Origin: Parcubacteria group bacterium GW2011_GWC1_36_108
Lineage (GTDB): Bacteria > Patescibacteriota > Minisyncoccia > Moranbacterales > GWC2-37-73
DNA: 64,000 bases
Reading direction: 5' to 3'
Assembly (NCBI GenBank): GCA_000991245.1
Contig: LBRD01000002.1
Span: 108,141-172,140, forward strand
Shown piece by piece: positions 47,420-57,537 of this stretch. A program made the translations under genes and the position numbers. How positions within the stretch are numbered: position 1 is the first letter of the stretch; the number at the start of each line of letters is the position of its first letter. The notes below the pieces were generated by a model that made no database searches, was not told the DNA's origin, and saw only the letters and a list, made by a program, of their open reading frames with translations.

Positions 47420-48658
47420 ATGAAAAATGATGCATTTGCAAGTGCGCTGAGTCAACTCGAGCAAGTTCAGAAACTCATAAAAATAGATAAAAATATTTTT
47501 GCACAACTTCAAAGCCCGCAAAGAATTTTGGAAGTTTCCATTCCAGTTAAGATGGATAATGGCAATATCCAAGTTTTTACAGGTTATCGAAGTCAGTTTA
47601 ATGATGCACGCGGACCATTTAAAGGTGGAATAAGATTTCATCCGGACGTGAATATTTCGGAAGTTAAAGCGCTAAGTGCCTGGATGACTTGGAAAACTGC
47701 TGTAGTTGGAATTCCCTTGGGTGGTGGAAAAGGCGGTGTGATTGTTGATCCAAAAAAACTTTCTGAAAATGAATTGGAAAAACTTTCACGTGGATATATA
47801 CAAGCTATTTTTAAATTTATTGGACCTAATTTGGATATACCAGCCCCTGATATGTATACTGATCCGAAAATTATGGGTTGGATGCTGGATGAATATGAAA
47901 AATTAGCTGGTTTTCATATCCCAGGGGTAATCACTGGGAAACCTCTTTCTATTGGAGGTAGTAATGTTAGGGGTTATTCTACTGCACAAGGAGCTTTTTA
48001 TGTTTTAAAAGAGGCTGTGAAAAAAGTTGGAATTCGAAAAGATGCAACTGTCGCTATTGAAGGTTTTGGTAATGCTGGGGCTCATTTGGCTCAGATTTTG
48101 CAAAAAAATGGCTTTAGAATTGTTGCACTTAGCGATTCAAAAGGGATGATTGTAAATTATATGGGACTAGATGTTGAGCAAGTGAAAAAGTATAAAGAAA
48201 AGACAGGAAGTGTGGTTGGATATCCTGGTGCTGAAAAAATTAAACATTCACATATTATTGCACAAGAAGTTGACATCCTGATTCCTTCTGCATTAGAAAA
48301 TTCAATAACTGTGGATAATGTTAAAACAGTAAAAGCAAAATTAATAATAGAAGTAGCTAATGGACCCATAACTCCTGGGGCGGATGCAATTTTGGCAAAG
48401 AGAAATATTATGGTTGTGCCAGACATTTTGGCTAATGCTGGAGGAGTAGTTGTGAGTTATTTGGAACAAGTTCAAAATGCATACGGATATTATTGGAGTG
48501 AGGAAAAAGTTCTGAAAAAATTAGAGCAAATTATGAAGGAATCGTTTGCATATGTTTGGGAGCAAAAAATGAAACATAATACTACTGTAAGAATGGGTGC
48601 GTATGTGTTGGCCATTAATCGTGTATCACAGGCAATGGTTGATCGGGGCAGGATGTAA
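47420..48658 (+). CDS. gdhA: Glutamate dehydrogenase (Glu/Leu/Phe/Val dehydrogenase family)
   Basis: GPFKGGIRFHP, GGGKGG, DIPAPD, GFGNAG, PDILANAGGV. Confidence 0.93.
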   Translation: MKNDAFASALSQLEQVQKLIKIDKNIFAQLQSPQRILEVSIPVKMDNGNIQVFTGYRSQFNDARGPFKGGIRFHPDVNISEVKALSAWMTWKTAVVGIPLGGGKGGVIVDPKKLSENELEKLSRGYIQAIFKFIGPNLDIPAPDMYTDPKIMGWMLDEYEKLAGFHIPGVITGKPLSIGGSNVRGYSTAQGAFYVLKEAVKKVGIRKDATVAIEGFGNAGAHLAQILQKNGFRIVALSDSKGMIVNYMGLDVEQVKKYKEKTGSVVGYPGAEKIKHSHIIAQEVDILIPSALENSITVDNVKTVKAKLIIEVANGPITPGADAILAKRNIMVVPDILANAGGVVVSYLEQVQNAYGYYWSEEKVLKKLEQIMKESFAYVWEQKMKHNTTVRMGAYVLAINRVSQAMVDRGRM

Positions 48659-48774
48659 AAATCTTGAATTTGGTTTTTTATCAAAAAATCGTCAATCAAT
48701 GGCGGTTTTTTGCTCTATGCAACAAGTGAAGAAAGTTGTATGTTTGATGTAGTAGTAGTTATATCCTTAAAATT

Positions 48775-50943
48775 ATGAAAAAGAAGACTATCAAAAAGAA
48801 TAAATCCCGATTTCATTATCCTAAGCAAGTTGTGCTGGGGGTTATTGACGCTGGCTTGGTAATGTTGATTGCTGGGATCTGTTTTGTGGCTTGGATATAT
48901 TATTCCGCGACTCCTGCAGCAAGCCAGTTGGCAGAAAGAAAAATTTCCGAAACCTCGGTTTTATATGACCGAAGTGGCGAATATGCTTTATATAAATTGT
49001 ATGGCGAGGAAAATAGGAAAATAGTCTCGCACAGCGAGATTCCAGATGTTGTGCGAAATGCGACGATTGCGACCGAGGATGCCAATTTTTATCGTCATAT
49101 AGGCGTTGATCCGCTTGCAATATTAAGAGCGATTAAGATCAATTTCCAAAATAACGGTGTAAGGCAGGGAGCATCAACCATTACTCAGCAACTTGCTCGC
49201 AGCGCTTTTCTTACTTCAGAGCGAACAATGAAGCGAAAGTTTTTGGAAGCAGTTTTTGCTTTGAAGATTGAACGACACTACAGCAAAGATGATATTCTGG
49301 ATCAATACTTAAACCAAGTGCCATATGGTTCGAATGCATATGGAATTGAAACTGCCAGCAGGACATATTTTGACAAAGCCGCCAAGGATTTGACCTTGGA
49401 TGAAGCAGCTTTTTTGGCTGCACTTCCAAAAGCGCCGTCATATTATTCTCCATACAGCACACATCGCGGCGAGCTTGCATATCGTCAAAAGAAAATTCTT
49501 GAGCGTATTTCGGAGCTTGAACTCGCTTCTCAGGAAGATGTGACCAATGCGCTTGCAGTCGACACATTTTCAAAAGTAAAACCATTAGTCAGCCCTATCA
49601 TCGCACCTCATTTCGTGTTCTTTGTCTTGGAGCAGCTTGAAAAAAAATATGGCAAAGAGTTTTTGCAAACAGGCGGACTTAAAATTTACACAACGCTTGA
49701 TTATGAATTGCAAAAAATGGGGGAGGATGTTGTTGCGCGAGGAGCTGAAAAAAATATAGCCAGAGGAGCAACCAATGCGGCGCTGGTAGCGGTTAATCCA
49801 AAAGATGGAGAAATTTTGGCGATGATTGGAAGCAAAGATTTTTATAACAAAGCTATTGATGGGGAAGTAAACATTGCTACAACTTTGCAACAACCAGGAT
49901 CTTCATTTAAACCTTTTGCATATGCCACTGCATTTGAAAAGGGTTATCAACCGGAAACAAAAATTCTTGATGCGCCAACAAATTTTGGGCCAGACGGAAG
50001 TGGTCGAAATTATGTTCCGAGAAATTATGACGGAAAATTTCATGGACTTTTGAGTATGCGCGAAGCGTTGGCGCAGTCGCTTAATATTCCAGCTATCAAA
50101 ACCTTGTATCTTGCAGGAATTGACAGCACGATTGAATTGGCTCATCGACTTGGCATCACAACACTTAATGATCGCAATCGTTATGGCTTGTCTTTGGTAA
50201 TTGGTGGCGGAGATGTGAAATTGGTGGATATGGTCAGCGCTTTTTCAGTTTTTGCTAATGACGGCGTGCGCAATCCTTCACATTCGGTAATTAAGATAGT
50301 TGATAGCAAAGAAAAAACAATTGAACAAGCGGAGTACAATCCAATTCGAGTGCTGGATGTGCAGATTGCACGCAAGATTGATTCAATACTCTCAGACAAT
50401 AAAGCTCGCACTCCAATTTTTGGACCAAGAAGTCCGCTTATACTTGCAGATGGAAGACCTGTAGCCGCCAAAACGGGAACGACACAGGAATTTCGCGATG
50501 CTTGGACTGTTGGGTTCACTCCGCAAATCGCAGTTGGTGTGTGGGCAGGAAACAATGATAATCGTCCTATGAAAGCTGGCTCCGACGGAGTTTTCGTGGC
50601 AGCGCCAATCTGGAATGAGTTCATGACCAAAGCACTTGCGAATCAACCCAGAGAAACTTTCATTGCATATGACACTTATCAACAAAACAATGATCCGACA
50701 AAAATTGCCGAGAATGGTTCATCAAGCCAAGATGTAAGAATGAAAATAACTTATTATAACAATAAAACCGGAAAAAAGATTTCCGAAGAAAGAGCAAAAA
50801 AAACAGATCCTAAAAAAGTTGACAAGAGGGTTGAGTATATTATCGTCAATGACCCAAGCATTATCCCGCCAAAAAATTCAGTCAGTGTCGCAATGCCTTC
50901 GCCAACTGATCCTATGTATAAAAATTGGACAATGCAACCTTAA
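48775..50943 (+). CDS. Class A penicillin-binding protein (PBP1A family)
   Basis: Transglycosylase EDANFYRH and GASTITQQL; transpeptidase SSFK, SLN, KTGT. Confidence 0.95.
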   Translation: MKKKTIKKNKSRFHYPKQVVLGVIDAGLVMLIAGICFVAWIYYSATPAASQLAERKISETSVLYDRSGEYALYKLYGEENRKIVSHSEIPDVVRNATIATEDANFYRHIGVDPLAILRAIKINFQNNGVRQGASTITQQLARSAFLTSERTMKRKFLEAVFALKIERHYSKDDILDQYLNQVPYGSNAYGIETASRTYFDKAAKDLTLDEAAFLAALPKAPSYYSPYSTHRGELAYRQKKILERISELELASQEDVTNALAVDTFSKVKPLVSPIIAPHFVFFVLEQLEKKYGKEFLQTGGLKIYTTLDYELQKMGEDVVARGAEKNIARGATNAALVAVNPKDGEILAMIGSKDFYNKAIDGEVNIATTLQQPGSSFKPFAYATAFEKGYQPETKILDAPTNFGPDGSGRNYVPRNYDGKFHGLLSMREALAQSLNIPAIKTLYLAGIDSTIELAHRLGITTLNDRNRYGLSLVIGGGDVKLVDMVSAFSVFANDGVRNPSHSVIKIVDSKEKTIEQAEYNPIRVLDVQIARKIDSILSDNKARTPIFGPRSPLILADGRPVAAKTGTTQEFRDAWTVGFTPQIAVGVWAGNNDNRPMKAGSDGVFVAAPIWNEFMTKALANQPRETFIAYDTYQQNNDPTKIAENGSSSQDVRMKITYYNNKTGKKISEERAKKTDPKKVDKRVEYIIVNDPSIIPPKNSVSVAMPSPTDPMYKNWTMQP

Positions 50944-51012
50944 AAGTTAAAAAAAGAAAAAATAAAAACGGTCTTACGCAAAATTTATTTGCGTAAGACC
51001 GTTAATGATATT

Positions 51013-51354
51013 TCATGCGATTGCAAGAAATATAACTCCAGCGCTAAGTGGAACAATAGCTGGAATTAATCCCTGCATTCCATATTTGTATAATGCAATG
51101 CAAAAGAAAAACATAAAGCAGCCTAAAGCCAGTGACAGAATGCTATTGTTGCCCGTAGAAAGAAATATGACAATTTTTTTCATCGGATCGTCTTCAAGAA
51201 CTTTAAAGACATGTGGGATTAACAAAATAATAATAAAAGATATTATTAAGATGTCTGTCTGGGTTGTCTTTTCTTGCAATTCATTGAAGAAAATTCCGAA
51301 ATTTGTTTGGATTTCTCCTGACCATTCAAATGGTGCAAAAAAATTTACATTCAT
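51013..51354 (-). CDS. Three-TM hypothetical protein (orphan, SD-led)
   Basis: CAGGAGG SD; TTGACA-17-TAAGAT promoter at about 51410-51438; terminator at 50965-51003. Confidence 0.75.
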   Translation of the reverse strand: MNVNFFAPFEWSGEIQTNFGIFFNELQEKTTQTDILIISFIIILLIPHVFKVLEDDPMKKIVIFLSTGNNSILSLALGCFMFFFCIALYKYGMQGLIPAIVPLSAGVIFLAIA

Positions 51355-51467
51355 GTGAACCTCCTGGGATTTTATTGCAAAGCAATAAATAATTTAAACA
51401 ACTCAAAACATCTTACTATAAAAAAATGCATTTGTCAAGTCGGGTGGCTTTGTGCTAGTGTGTTGTT

Positions 51468-52259
51468 ATGAATAGACGAAATATTATAATTATCGGTGTT
51501 CTGTGCTTATTGGCTGTTCCTAGCCTTTATTTTGGCTTGAAAAAAGTGCAAGAATCCAAAAAAACAGTTCAAATAAGTGTTACTGACTTGCAGGAAAATA
51601 ATGACAATCAACAAGCTGAAGAGGAAGCGAAACCAATTGAAAAAAATATTAATAATGACAATGCAGAAGTTGCTGAAAATCAAGAAAAAGAAATTGCAGC
51701 ACCAAAAACTCCAGAAAAAATAATAGAAGAAAAAAAGGTTGAACCAAAAAAAACAAATCCGCCAGTTCCAGCTGATGAAGAGGTAAAAGTAGAAGCAGGA
51801 AAAATTGTCGACAAATTAATTTCGTGGGGTTTTACAAAATCTTCTGGAAGAACAATTGACACTGTTATTGTGCACTCATCTTATGATGCACTTGGAGATG
51901 ATCCGTATAGTGTTTCAGGAATTATTGCTGAATACAAACAATATAATGTTTCTGCGCACTATTTGATTGCGCGCGATGGCACCGCTTATCGTTTGGTAAC
52001 AGATCAAAATATCGCTTGGCACGCGGGTGTTAGCAAAGTTCCGGATGGACGAACAAACGTGAATGATTTTTCAATTGGCATAGAAATGATCAACACAAAA
52101 GATGGGAAATATACCGATGATCAATATGCTGCATTGAATTCTTTGATTGTAACATTGAAGAAAAAATATAAAATAAAATATATTCTCGGCCACAATGAAA
52201 TCGCCCCCGACAGAAAGACTGACCCGTGGGGAATAGAGTGGAATAAAGTTAATCGGTAG
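51468..52259 (+). CDS. Membrane-anchored N-acetylmuramoyl-L-alanine amidase (Amidase_2/AmpD-like)
   Basis: VIVHSS, VSAHYLI, AWHAG, SIGIE, GHNEIAPDRKTDP. Confidence 0.92.
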   Translation: MNRRNIIIIGVLCLLAVPSLYFGLKKVQESKKTVQISVTDLQENNDNQQAEEEAKPIEKNINNDNAEVAENQEKEIAAPKTPEKIIEEKKVEPKKTNPPVPADEEVKVEAGKIVDKLISWGFTKSSGRTIDTVIVHSSYDALGDDPYSVSGIIAEYKQYNVSAHYLIARDGTAYRLVTDQNIAWHAGVSKVPDGRTNVNDFSIGIEMINTKDGKYTDDQYAALNSLIVTLKKKYKIKYILGHNEIAPDRKTDPWGIEWNKVNR

Positions 52260-52432
52260 TACTTGTTTAAGATTAATATTGAATTGTTAGCTTGAGTTTT
52301 TAATTTAGCATCCAAATTTTTAATTTTAAATTTTTAATTTTGTAAATAAATTATAAATACTAATTTTTAAAAATTTGAAATTAAGGCATTATTTAAAAAT
52401 TACAAAAATTATAAAATTAAAAATTAGTAACT

Positions 52433-52693
52433 ATGATTTTACAAATTTCCTTAGATGGTAACGATATAAAATTGACACTGAAAGATGATCGAAAGATTGT
52501 TGATGAATTGTTGTGGAATGATGAATATACCTTGAGTGAAAAACTGCTGCCAAACATTGACGTATTGCTTAGAAAAAATAAAATTTCCAAAAGTGAGATA
52601 GGAAAAGTGACCACAAAAATAAGCAAAACTTCCGGCGTGACCAGCGCACGTATCGTTAGAACGATTGCAGCAGCCTGGAACCTGGGAAATTAG
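52433..52693 (+). CDS. Miniature TsaB-like protein
   Basis: LSEKLLPNIDVLL...EIGKV...SGVTSARI..TIAAA resembles the TsaB N-terminal half; only 86 aa. Confidence 0.6.
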   Translation: MILQISLDGNDIKLTLKDDRKIVDELLWNDEYTLSEKLLPNIDVLLRKNKISKSEIGKVTTKISKTSGVTSARIVRTIAAAWNLGN

Positions 52694-52877
52694 CTTATTA
52701 GGCTTTAGCTTCTTAGGTGACATGAAGTTTTTTTATCTGGAATTTTCTAAAAAGCTAAAAAGCTAATGCCTAAAAAGCTGTTCGATTGGACAAGGAGTGA
52801 AATTTATGCTATACTTGAGTGGTAATAGAGGACGGGTGCAAAACCTCGCCCTCTTTCTTTATAATAAATGAAAATCC

Positions 52878-53180
52878 ATGCCAACAAAACAAAATAAAAA
52901 AGAAACAAAGAGCGATGACTGGAAGAGTTTAGTTCAGGGCTTTGTGGGTAATATGCTTGAACAGTTGAGCGAAAATGTGACAACTAGAGTTCACGCTTGG
53001 ACAAAGCAAATGAAGCGCAGGGCAGTTGGGGGAGTTGTGATGCTACTCGGAGCAACATATTTTCTAACTGGCTTGTCTGATTATACTGGTAGTTTTTTTG
53101 GAGAAAATTTCCCCGGGTTTGGATATTTACTTGTTGGAGCGTTGGCATTATTGATAGGATATTTTGTTAGTCGAAAATAG
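52878..53180 (+). CDS. Two-TM protein (YqjE/holin-like)
   Basis: Two C-terminal TM helices; adjacent to the DUF883-like gene. Confidence 0.6.
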   Translation: MPTKQNKKETKSDDWKSLVQGFVGNMLEQLSENVTTRVHAWTKQMKRRAVGGVVMLLGATYFLTGLSDYTGSFFGENFPGFGYLLVGALALLIGYFVSRK

Positions 53181-53276
53181 TATTGGCTACAAACCTATAA
53201 AAATTGTTAGTTAATTAATTTTAATAACCCCAGTTAAATAATATGGAGTACCATAATTTAACGGGGCAAGAAAAAT

Positions 53277-53552
53277 ATGAACAAGAAACAAATCAAGAAG
53301 GTCGTGAAAAAAAATGTGGAAAAGGTTAAAGTGCAGGCCAAATCTGCTAGTGCTGATTTGGAGAAACTTGCTATGAAGGAATATGGCAAGATCAAAAAAC
53401 AAATGGATACTACTTCCAAAAAAGTTGAATCCTATGTGAAAAGGAATCCAGAAAAAGCAGCAGCAATTTCTGCTGGAATTGGTATGGCCCTTGGAGCAGT
53501 TGCCGGACTTATTGCTGGAAGCAATATGGATGGAAAAAAGAAGAAGAAATAG
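53277..53552 (+). CDS. DUF883/YqjD/ElaB-like tail-anchored protein
   Basis: YVKRNPEKAAAISAGIGMALG motif after a helical N-terminus. Confidence 0.75.
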   Translation: MNKKQIKKVVKKNVEKVKVQAKSASADLEKLAMKEYGKIKKQMDTTSKKVESYVKRNPEKAAAISAGIGMALGAVAGLIAGSNMDGKKKKK

Positions 53553-53984
53553 TAAACAGATTCTTAGGCTTTAGCTTCTTAGCTTATTAAGAAATACAAA
53601 TTCCGCTCTTTTGAGCGGTTTTTGTTTGTGTATAAAATTTTTATATACCAAAACTATGCGGTCGTCGAGTTTTGGTATATATTGGAAACCTAAGAAGCTA
53701 ATGCCAAAAAAGCTAAAACCTGTTCTATTGACACTTTTTCGTATCTGTGTTAACTTACTTGTACATTCTAGCTTTAGGAAAGAACTTCTACTTTTTGCAT
53801 TGTTTTTGGGTGAAAACAGCGCACAAACTTTTTGTCAAATTAAAGTGTTAAAATGCTTTAAAATGGCACTTTTTGTCAAAGGATAAATGACTAAAAACAT
53901 ACAACTTAATTAAATAGTCTTAACCAAAAACTCGCTACGAGCTTTTCGTTTTTGCGTCGAAAAGAACTAGTGAGAGTTGTTTTT

Positions 53985-56900
53985 ATGGTAAAAGAGAAGA
54001 AAGCCCTAAAGGTGAAGGAGACGTATGCGTCTACCTCATCCCTGTCTAAAAGAAAGTTTTTCAAAAAGCAGTTGATGGTGTCGCTGCCTAATCTGATTGA
54101 AGCTCAGATCGACGCGTATCAGTGGTTTTTGGATAGAGGTCTTCGGGAATTGTTCGATGAAATCAACCCAATTAGTGATTTCACTGGAAAAGATTTAGAG
54201 CTTTCGCTCACTGATTATTATTTGGACGAGCCAAAAACAGATGAGCTTACTGCCAAGAACAAAAATGTTTCATATGAAGCGCCTCTTCGAGCGAAGGCGC
54301 GTTTAACGATAAAGAAAACTGGCGAAATCAAGGAACAAGAAATTTATCTTGGAGATTTTCCAGTGATGACTCCTCGTGGAACTTTCATTATTAATGGAGT
54401 AGAACGCGTGGTTGTTTCTCAGTTGATCAGATCTTCTGGAGTTTTCTTTACGATGGAATATTCAAAAGGAAAGAAATTATTTGGAGCAAAATTAATTCCA
54501 AATCGTGGAGCATGGCTGGAAATTGATACTGATTTGTCTGGTGTTTTGAACGTGAGAATCGATCGCAAACGAAAAATTCCAGTAACTGCACTTCTTCGAG
54601 CTTTTGGAATGGAAAAAAATGAAGAAATTCTTAAAGCGTTTGATGGCTTTGATAAAGGTGAAGTGAAATTCATTGAAGAATCACTTGCAAAAGACATTAC
54701 TAAAAGTCAGGCTGAAGGATACAAAGAAATTTATAAAAGAATTCGTCCAGGAGATTTGGCAACAGCTGAAAATGCTAAACAACTTGTTAATGGCATGTTT
54801 TTCAATTTTGAAAAATATGATTTCGGCAGCGTTGGACGTTATCGTTTGAACCAACGTTTGAATATCAATCTTGAAGACAAGGAGGAAAACAGAATTTTGT
54901 TGGTTTCTGATTTGCTTTTGATTATCAATGAAATTATTCGTTTGAATAATGATCCACACGCAATCGCTGATGATATTGATCATCTTGGAAACAGACGTGT
55001 AAGAGGTGTTGGGGAATTGGTACAAAACAAACTTCGCATCGGTATGGCTCGAATGGCTCGCAACATCAAGGACAGAATGAGTACTTGCGACATTGAAACA
55101 GTTGTTCCAGGACAATTGATTAATTCTCGTCCAGTGGCTGCTGCGATTAAAGAATTCTTCTCAAGTTCACAACTTTCTCAATTTATGGATCAAGTAAATC
55201 CATTGGCTGAGCTTGAACACAAAAGACGTTTGTCAGCGATGGGACCAGGAGGGCTCACACGAGAACGAGCTGGCTTTGAAGTTCGAGATGTGCATCATTC
55301 ACATTATGGACGTATTTGTCCTATTGAAACTCCTGAAGGTCCAAACATCGGATTGGTGGGACATATGGCTTCATATGCTCGTATTAATGATTTTGGATTT
55401 TTGGAAACACCGTATATTAAACTTCAAAAAGAAGTTCCAAACACGGTGGAAGCTTTGCTTAATCGAGTTTTAAATGAAGATGTAGCTGGTGGAAAAGTTG
55501 GAGAATATATTACTGAAGAATTAGCCAAGAAAATTGCGAAAACTTCTGCTAAGATTATTCAAATCAAACCTTACATTTCTGATGAAATTGAATATGTTAA
55601 TGCAACCGTTGAAGATCGCTGCGTGATTACACATGCTCGTGTGAACACTGATGAACATCGCAATATTGTTGATGCAACAGTGGAAGCTCGCGTGAAAGGA
55701 CATCCTGAAATGATTGAAACTGAAAAACTTGATTATATCGATGTTAGTGCTAAACAATGTATCTCAGTTGCAACTTCACTTATTCCATTTTTGGAACACG
55801 ATGATGCTAACCGAGCCTTGATGGGTTCAAACATGCAACGACAGGCTGTACCTTGTATCGTACCGCAAGCTCCTTTTGTGGGAACAGGCATCGAAGACAA
55901 GGCTGCTGCTGATTCCGGACAGGTTGTTCTTGCTCTTGGTGATGGAGAAGTGGTGGAAGTTGATGGAGCGCACATTACTGTCAAAGAAAATGCACCAATC
56001 GGAGCAAAGAAAGATAATTTCAAACGAGAATATAGACTGCAAAGTTTCCAAAAATCAAATGCTTTCACTTCAATGAGCCAACTTCCACGAGTGGAAAAAG
56101 GACAGATTGTGAAAAAAGGTGATCTTTTGGCTGACGGCGCCGCAACAGAAAATGGAGAATTAGCACTTGGACAAAATCCATTGGTAGCCTTTATTCCATG
56201 GGACGGATATAACTTTGAAGATGCTATCATCCTTTCAGAAAGACTTTTGAAAGAAGATTGGTACAGTTCGATTCATATTGAAGATTTTTCAATCGACGTG
56301 CGCGACACAAAGCTTGGGCCGGAGGTTGTGACTCGTGATATCCCAAATATTGGAGAAGAAAGATTGAAGAATTTAGATGAAACAGGAATCATCCGTATCG
56401 GAGCAGAAGTTTCTTCAGGAGATATTCTTTGTGGAAAAATCACACCGAAGGGAGAAGGAGATTTGACTCCAGAAGAAAGATTGCTGCGAGCTATTTTTGG
56501 TGAGAAATCTAAGGATGTTAAAGATTCATCATTGTATCTTCCTCATGGAGAACATGGAAAAGTTGTTGATATTAAAATTCTTTCACGAGAACAAGGAGAC
56601 AAACTTTCAACTGGTGTGATCAAGCAAATTCAAGTTTCTGTTGCACAACTTCGCAAAGTTTCAGTGGGAGACAAGTTGGCTGGACGACATGGAAACAAAG
56701 GTGTGATTTCACGCATTGCTCCTGTTGAGGATATGCCATATCTTCCAGATGGAACTCCAATCGATGTAATCCTAAATCCATTGGGAGTTATCTCTCGTAT
56801 GAATATTGGACAGATTTTGGAAACACATCTTGGATGGGCAGCACTTAAACTTGGATATAAAGCTGCAACTCCTGCGCTTGATGGAATCACGGAAGAAGAC

Positions 56901-57419
56901 ATCAAGGGAGAACTTAGAACTGCTGGACTTCCAGAAAGCGGAAAGATTCGTTTGATTGATGGAAAGACTGGTGAGCCATTTGATAATGAGACCACTGTTG
57001 GTGTTATGTATATTATGAAACTGAACCATTTGGTTGAAGACAAATTGCATATGCGTTCAATAGGACCGTACTCACTTATTACTCAGCAACCGCTTGGAGG
57101 TAAGGCTCAGTTTGGAGGACAGCGCTTTGGAGAAATGGAAGTATGGGCGCTCGAAGGATATGGCGCAGCATACACATTGCAAGAAATGCTCACAATTAAA
57201 TCAGATGACGTACTCGGAAGATCAAAAGCATATGAATCAATTATTAAGGGCGAAAAAATAAAGAGCCCGAACATTCCCGCATCATTCCACGTGCTTGTAA
57301 ATGAGCTCAAAGGATTATGTTTGGATGTTGAACTTGTTGATTCCAAGCTTAAGGAAGATGATCATGACGATGAAATCGGTGGATATGATAAACCGGAAGA
57401 GGACGTTGATCAAATTTAA
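53985..57419 (+). CDS. rpoB: DNA-directed RNA polymerase subunit beta
   Basis: GTFIINGVERV, SQLSQFMDQ, ETPEGPNIG, GDKLAGRHGNKG, GQRFGEMEVWALE; start at ATG 53985. Confidence 0.99.
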   Translation: MVKEKKALKVKETYASTSSLSKRKFFKKQLMVSLPNLIEAQIDAYQWFLDRGLRELFDEINPISDFTGKDLELSLTDYYLDEPKTDELTAKNKNVSYEAPLRAKARLTIKKTGEIKEQEIYLGDFPVMTPRGTFIINGVERVVVSQLIRSSGVFFTMEYSKGKKLFGAKLIPNRGAWLEIDTDLSGVLNVRIDRKRKIPVTALLRAFGMEKNEEILKAFDGFDKGEVKFIEESLAKDITKSQAEGYKEIYKRIRPGDLATAENAKQLVNGMFFNFEKYDFGSVGRYRLNQRLNINLEDKEENRILLVSDLLLIINEIIRLNNDPHAIADDIDHLGNRRVRGVGELVQNKLRIGMARMARNIKDRMSTCDIETVVPGQLINSRPVAAAIKEFFSSSQLSQFMDQVNPLAELEHKRRLSAMGPGGLTRERAGFEVRDVHHSHYGRICPIETPEGPNIGLVGHMASYARINDFGFLETPYIKLQKEVPNTVEALLNRVLNEDVAGGKVGEYITEELAKKIAKTSAKIIQIKPYISDEIEYVNATVEDRCVITHARVNTDEHRNIVDATVEARVKGHPEMIETEKLDYIDVSAKQCISVATSLIPFLEHDDANRALMGSNMQRQAVPCIVPQAPFVGTGIEDKAAADSGQVVLALGDGEVVEVDGAHITVKENAPIGAKKDNFKREYRLQSFQKSNAFTSMSQLPRVEKGQIVKKGDLLADGAATENGELALGQNPLVAFIPWDGYNFEDAIILSERLLKEDWYSSIHIEDFSIDVRDTKLGPEVVTRDIPNIGEERLKNLDETGIIRIGAEVSSGDILCGKITPKGEGDLTPEERLLRAIFGEKSKDVKDSSLYLPHGEHGKVVDIKILSREQGDKLSTGVIKQIQVSVAQLRKVSVGDKLAGRHGNKGVISRIAPVEDMPYLPDGTPIDVILNPLGVISRMNIGQILETHLGWAALKLGYKAATPALDGITEEDIKGELRTAGLPESGKIRLIDGKTGEPFDNETTVGVMYIMKLNHLVEDKLHMRSIGPYSLITQQPLGGKAQFGGQRFGEMEVWALEGYGAAYTLQEMLTIKSDDVLGRSKAYESIIKGEKIKSPNIPASFHVLVNELKGLCLDVELVDSKLKEDDHDDEIGGYDKPEEDVDQI

Positions 57420-57537
57420 GAATTTCCAAGAAATTCTTGGAATTGGTTCGCTCGCACGGAATTAAAATAAATTTTATCCCGCTGCTCGCTGCCAATTATA
57501 ATTAACTTTAGTAATAAACTTCTTATAAAAAAACAAT

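Noticed and set aside
53611-53886. 91-aa ORF upstream of rpoB
   Set aside because: TTG start inside a terminator-like hairpin; it spans a repeat tract and a promoter-like region and has no recognisable motif.
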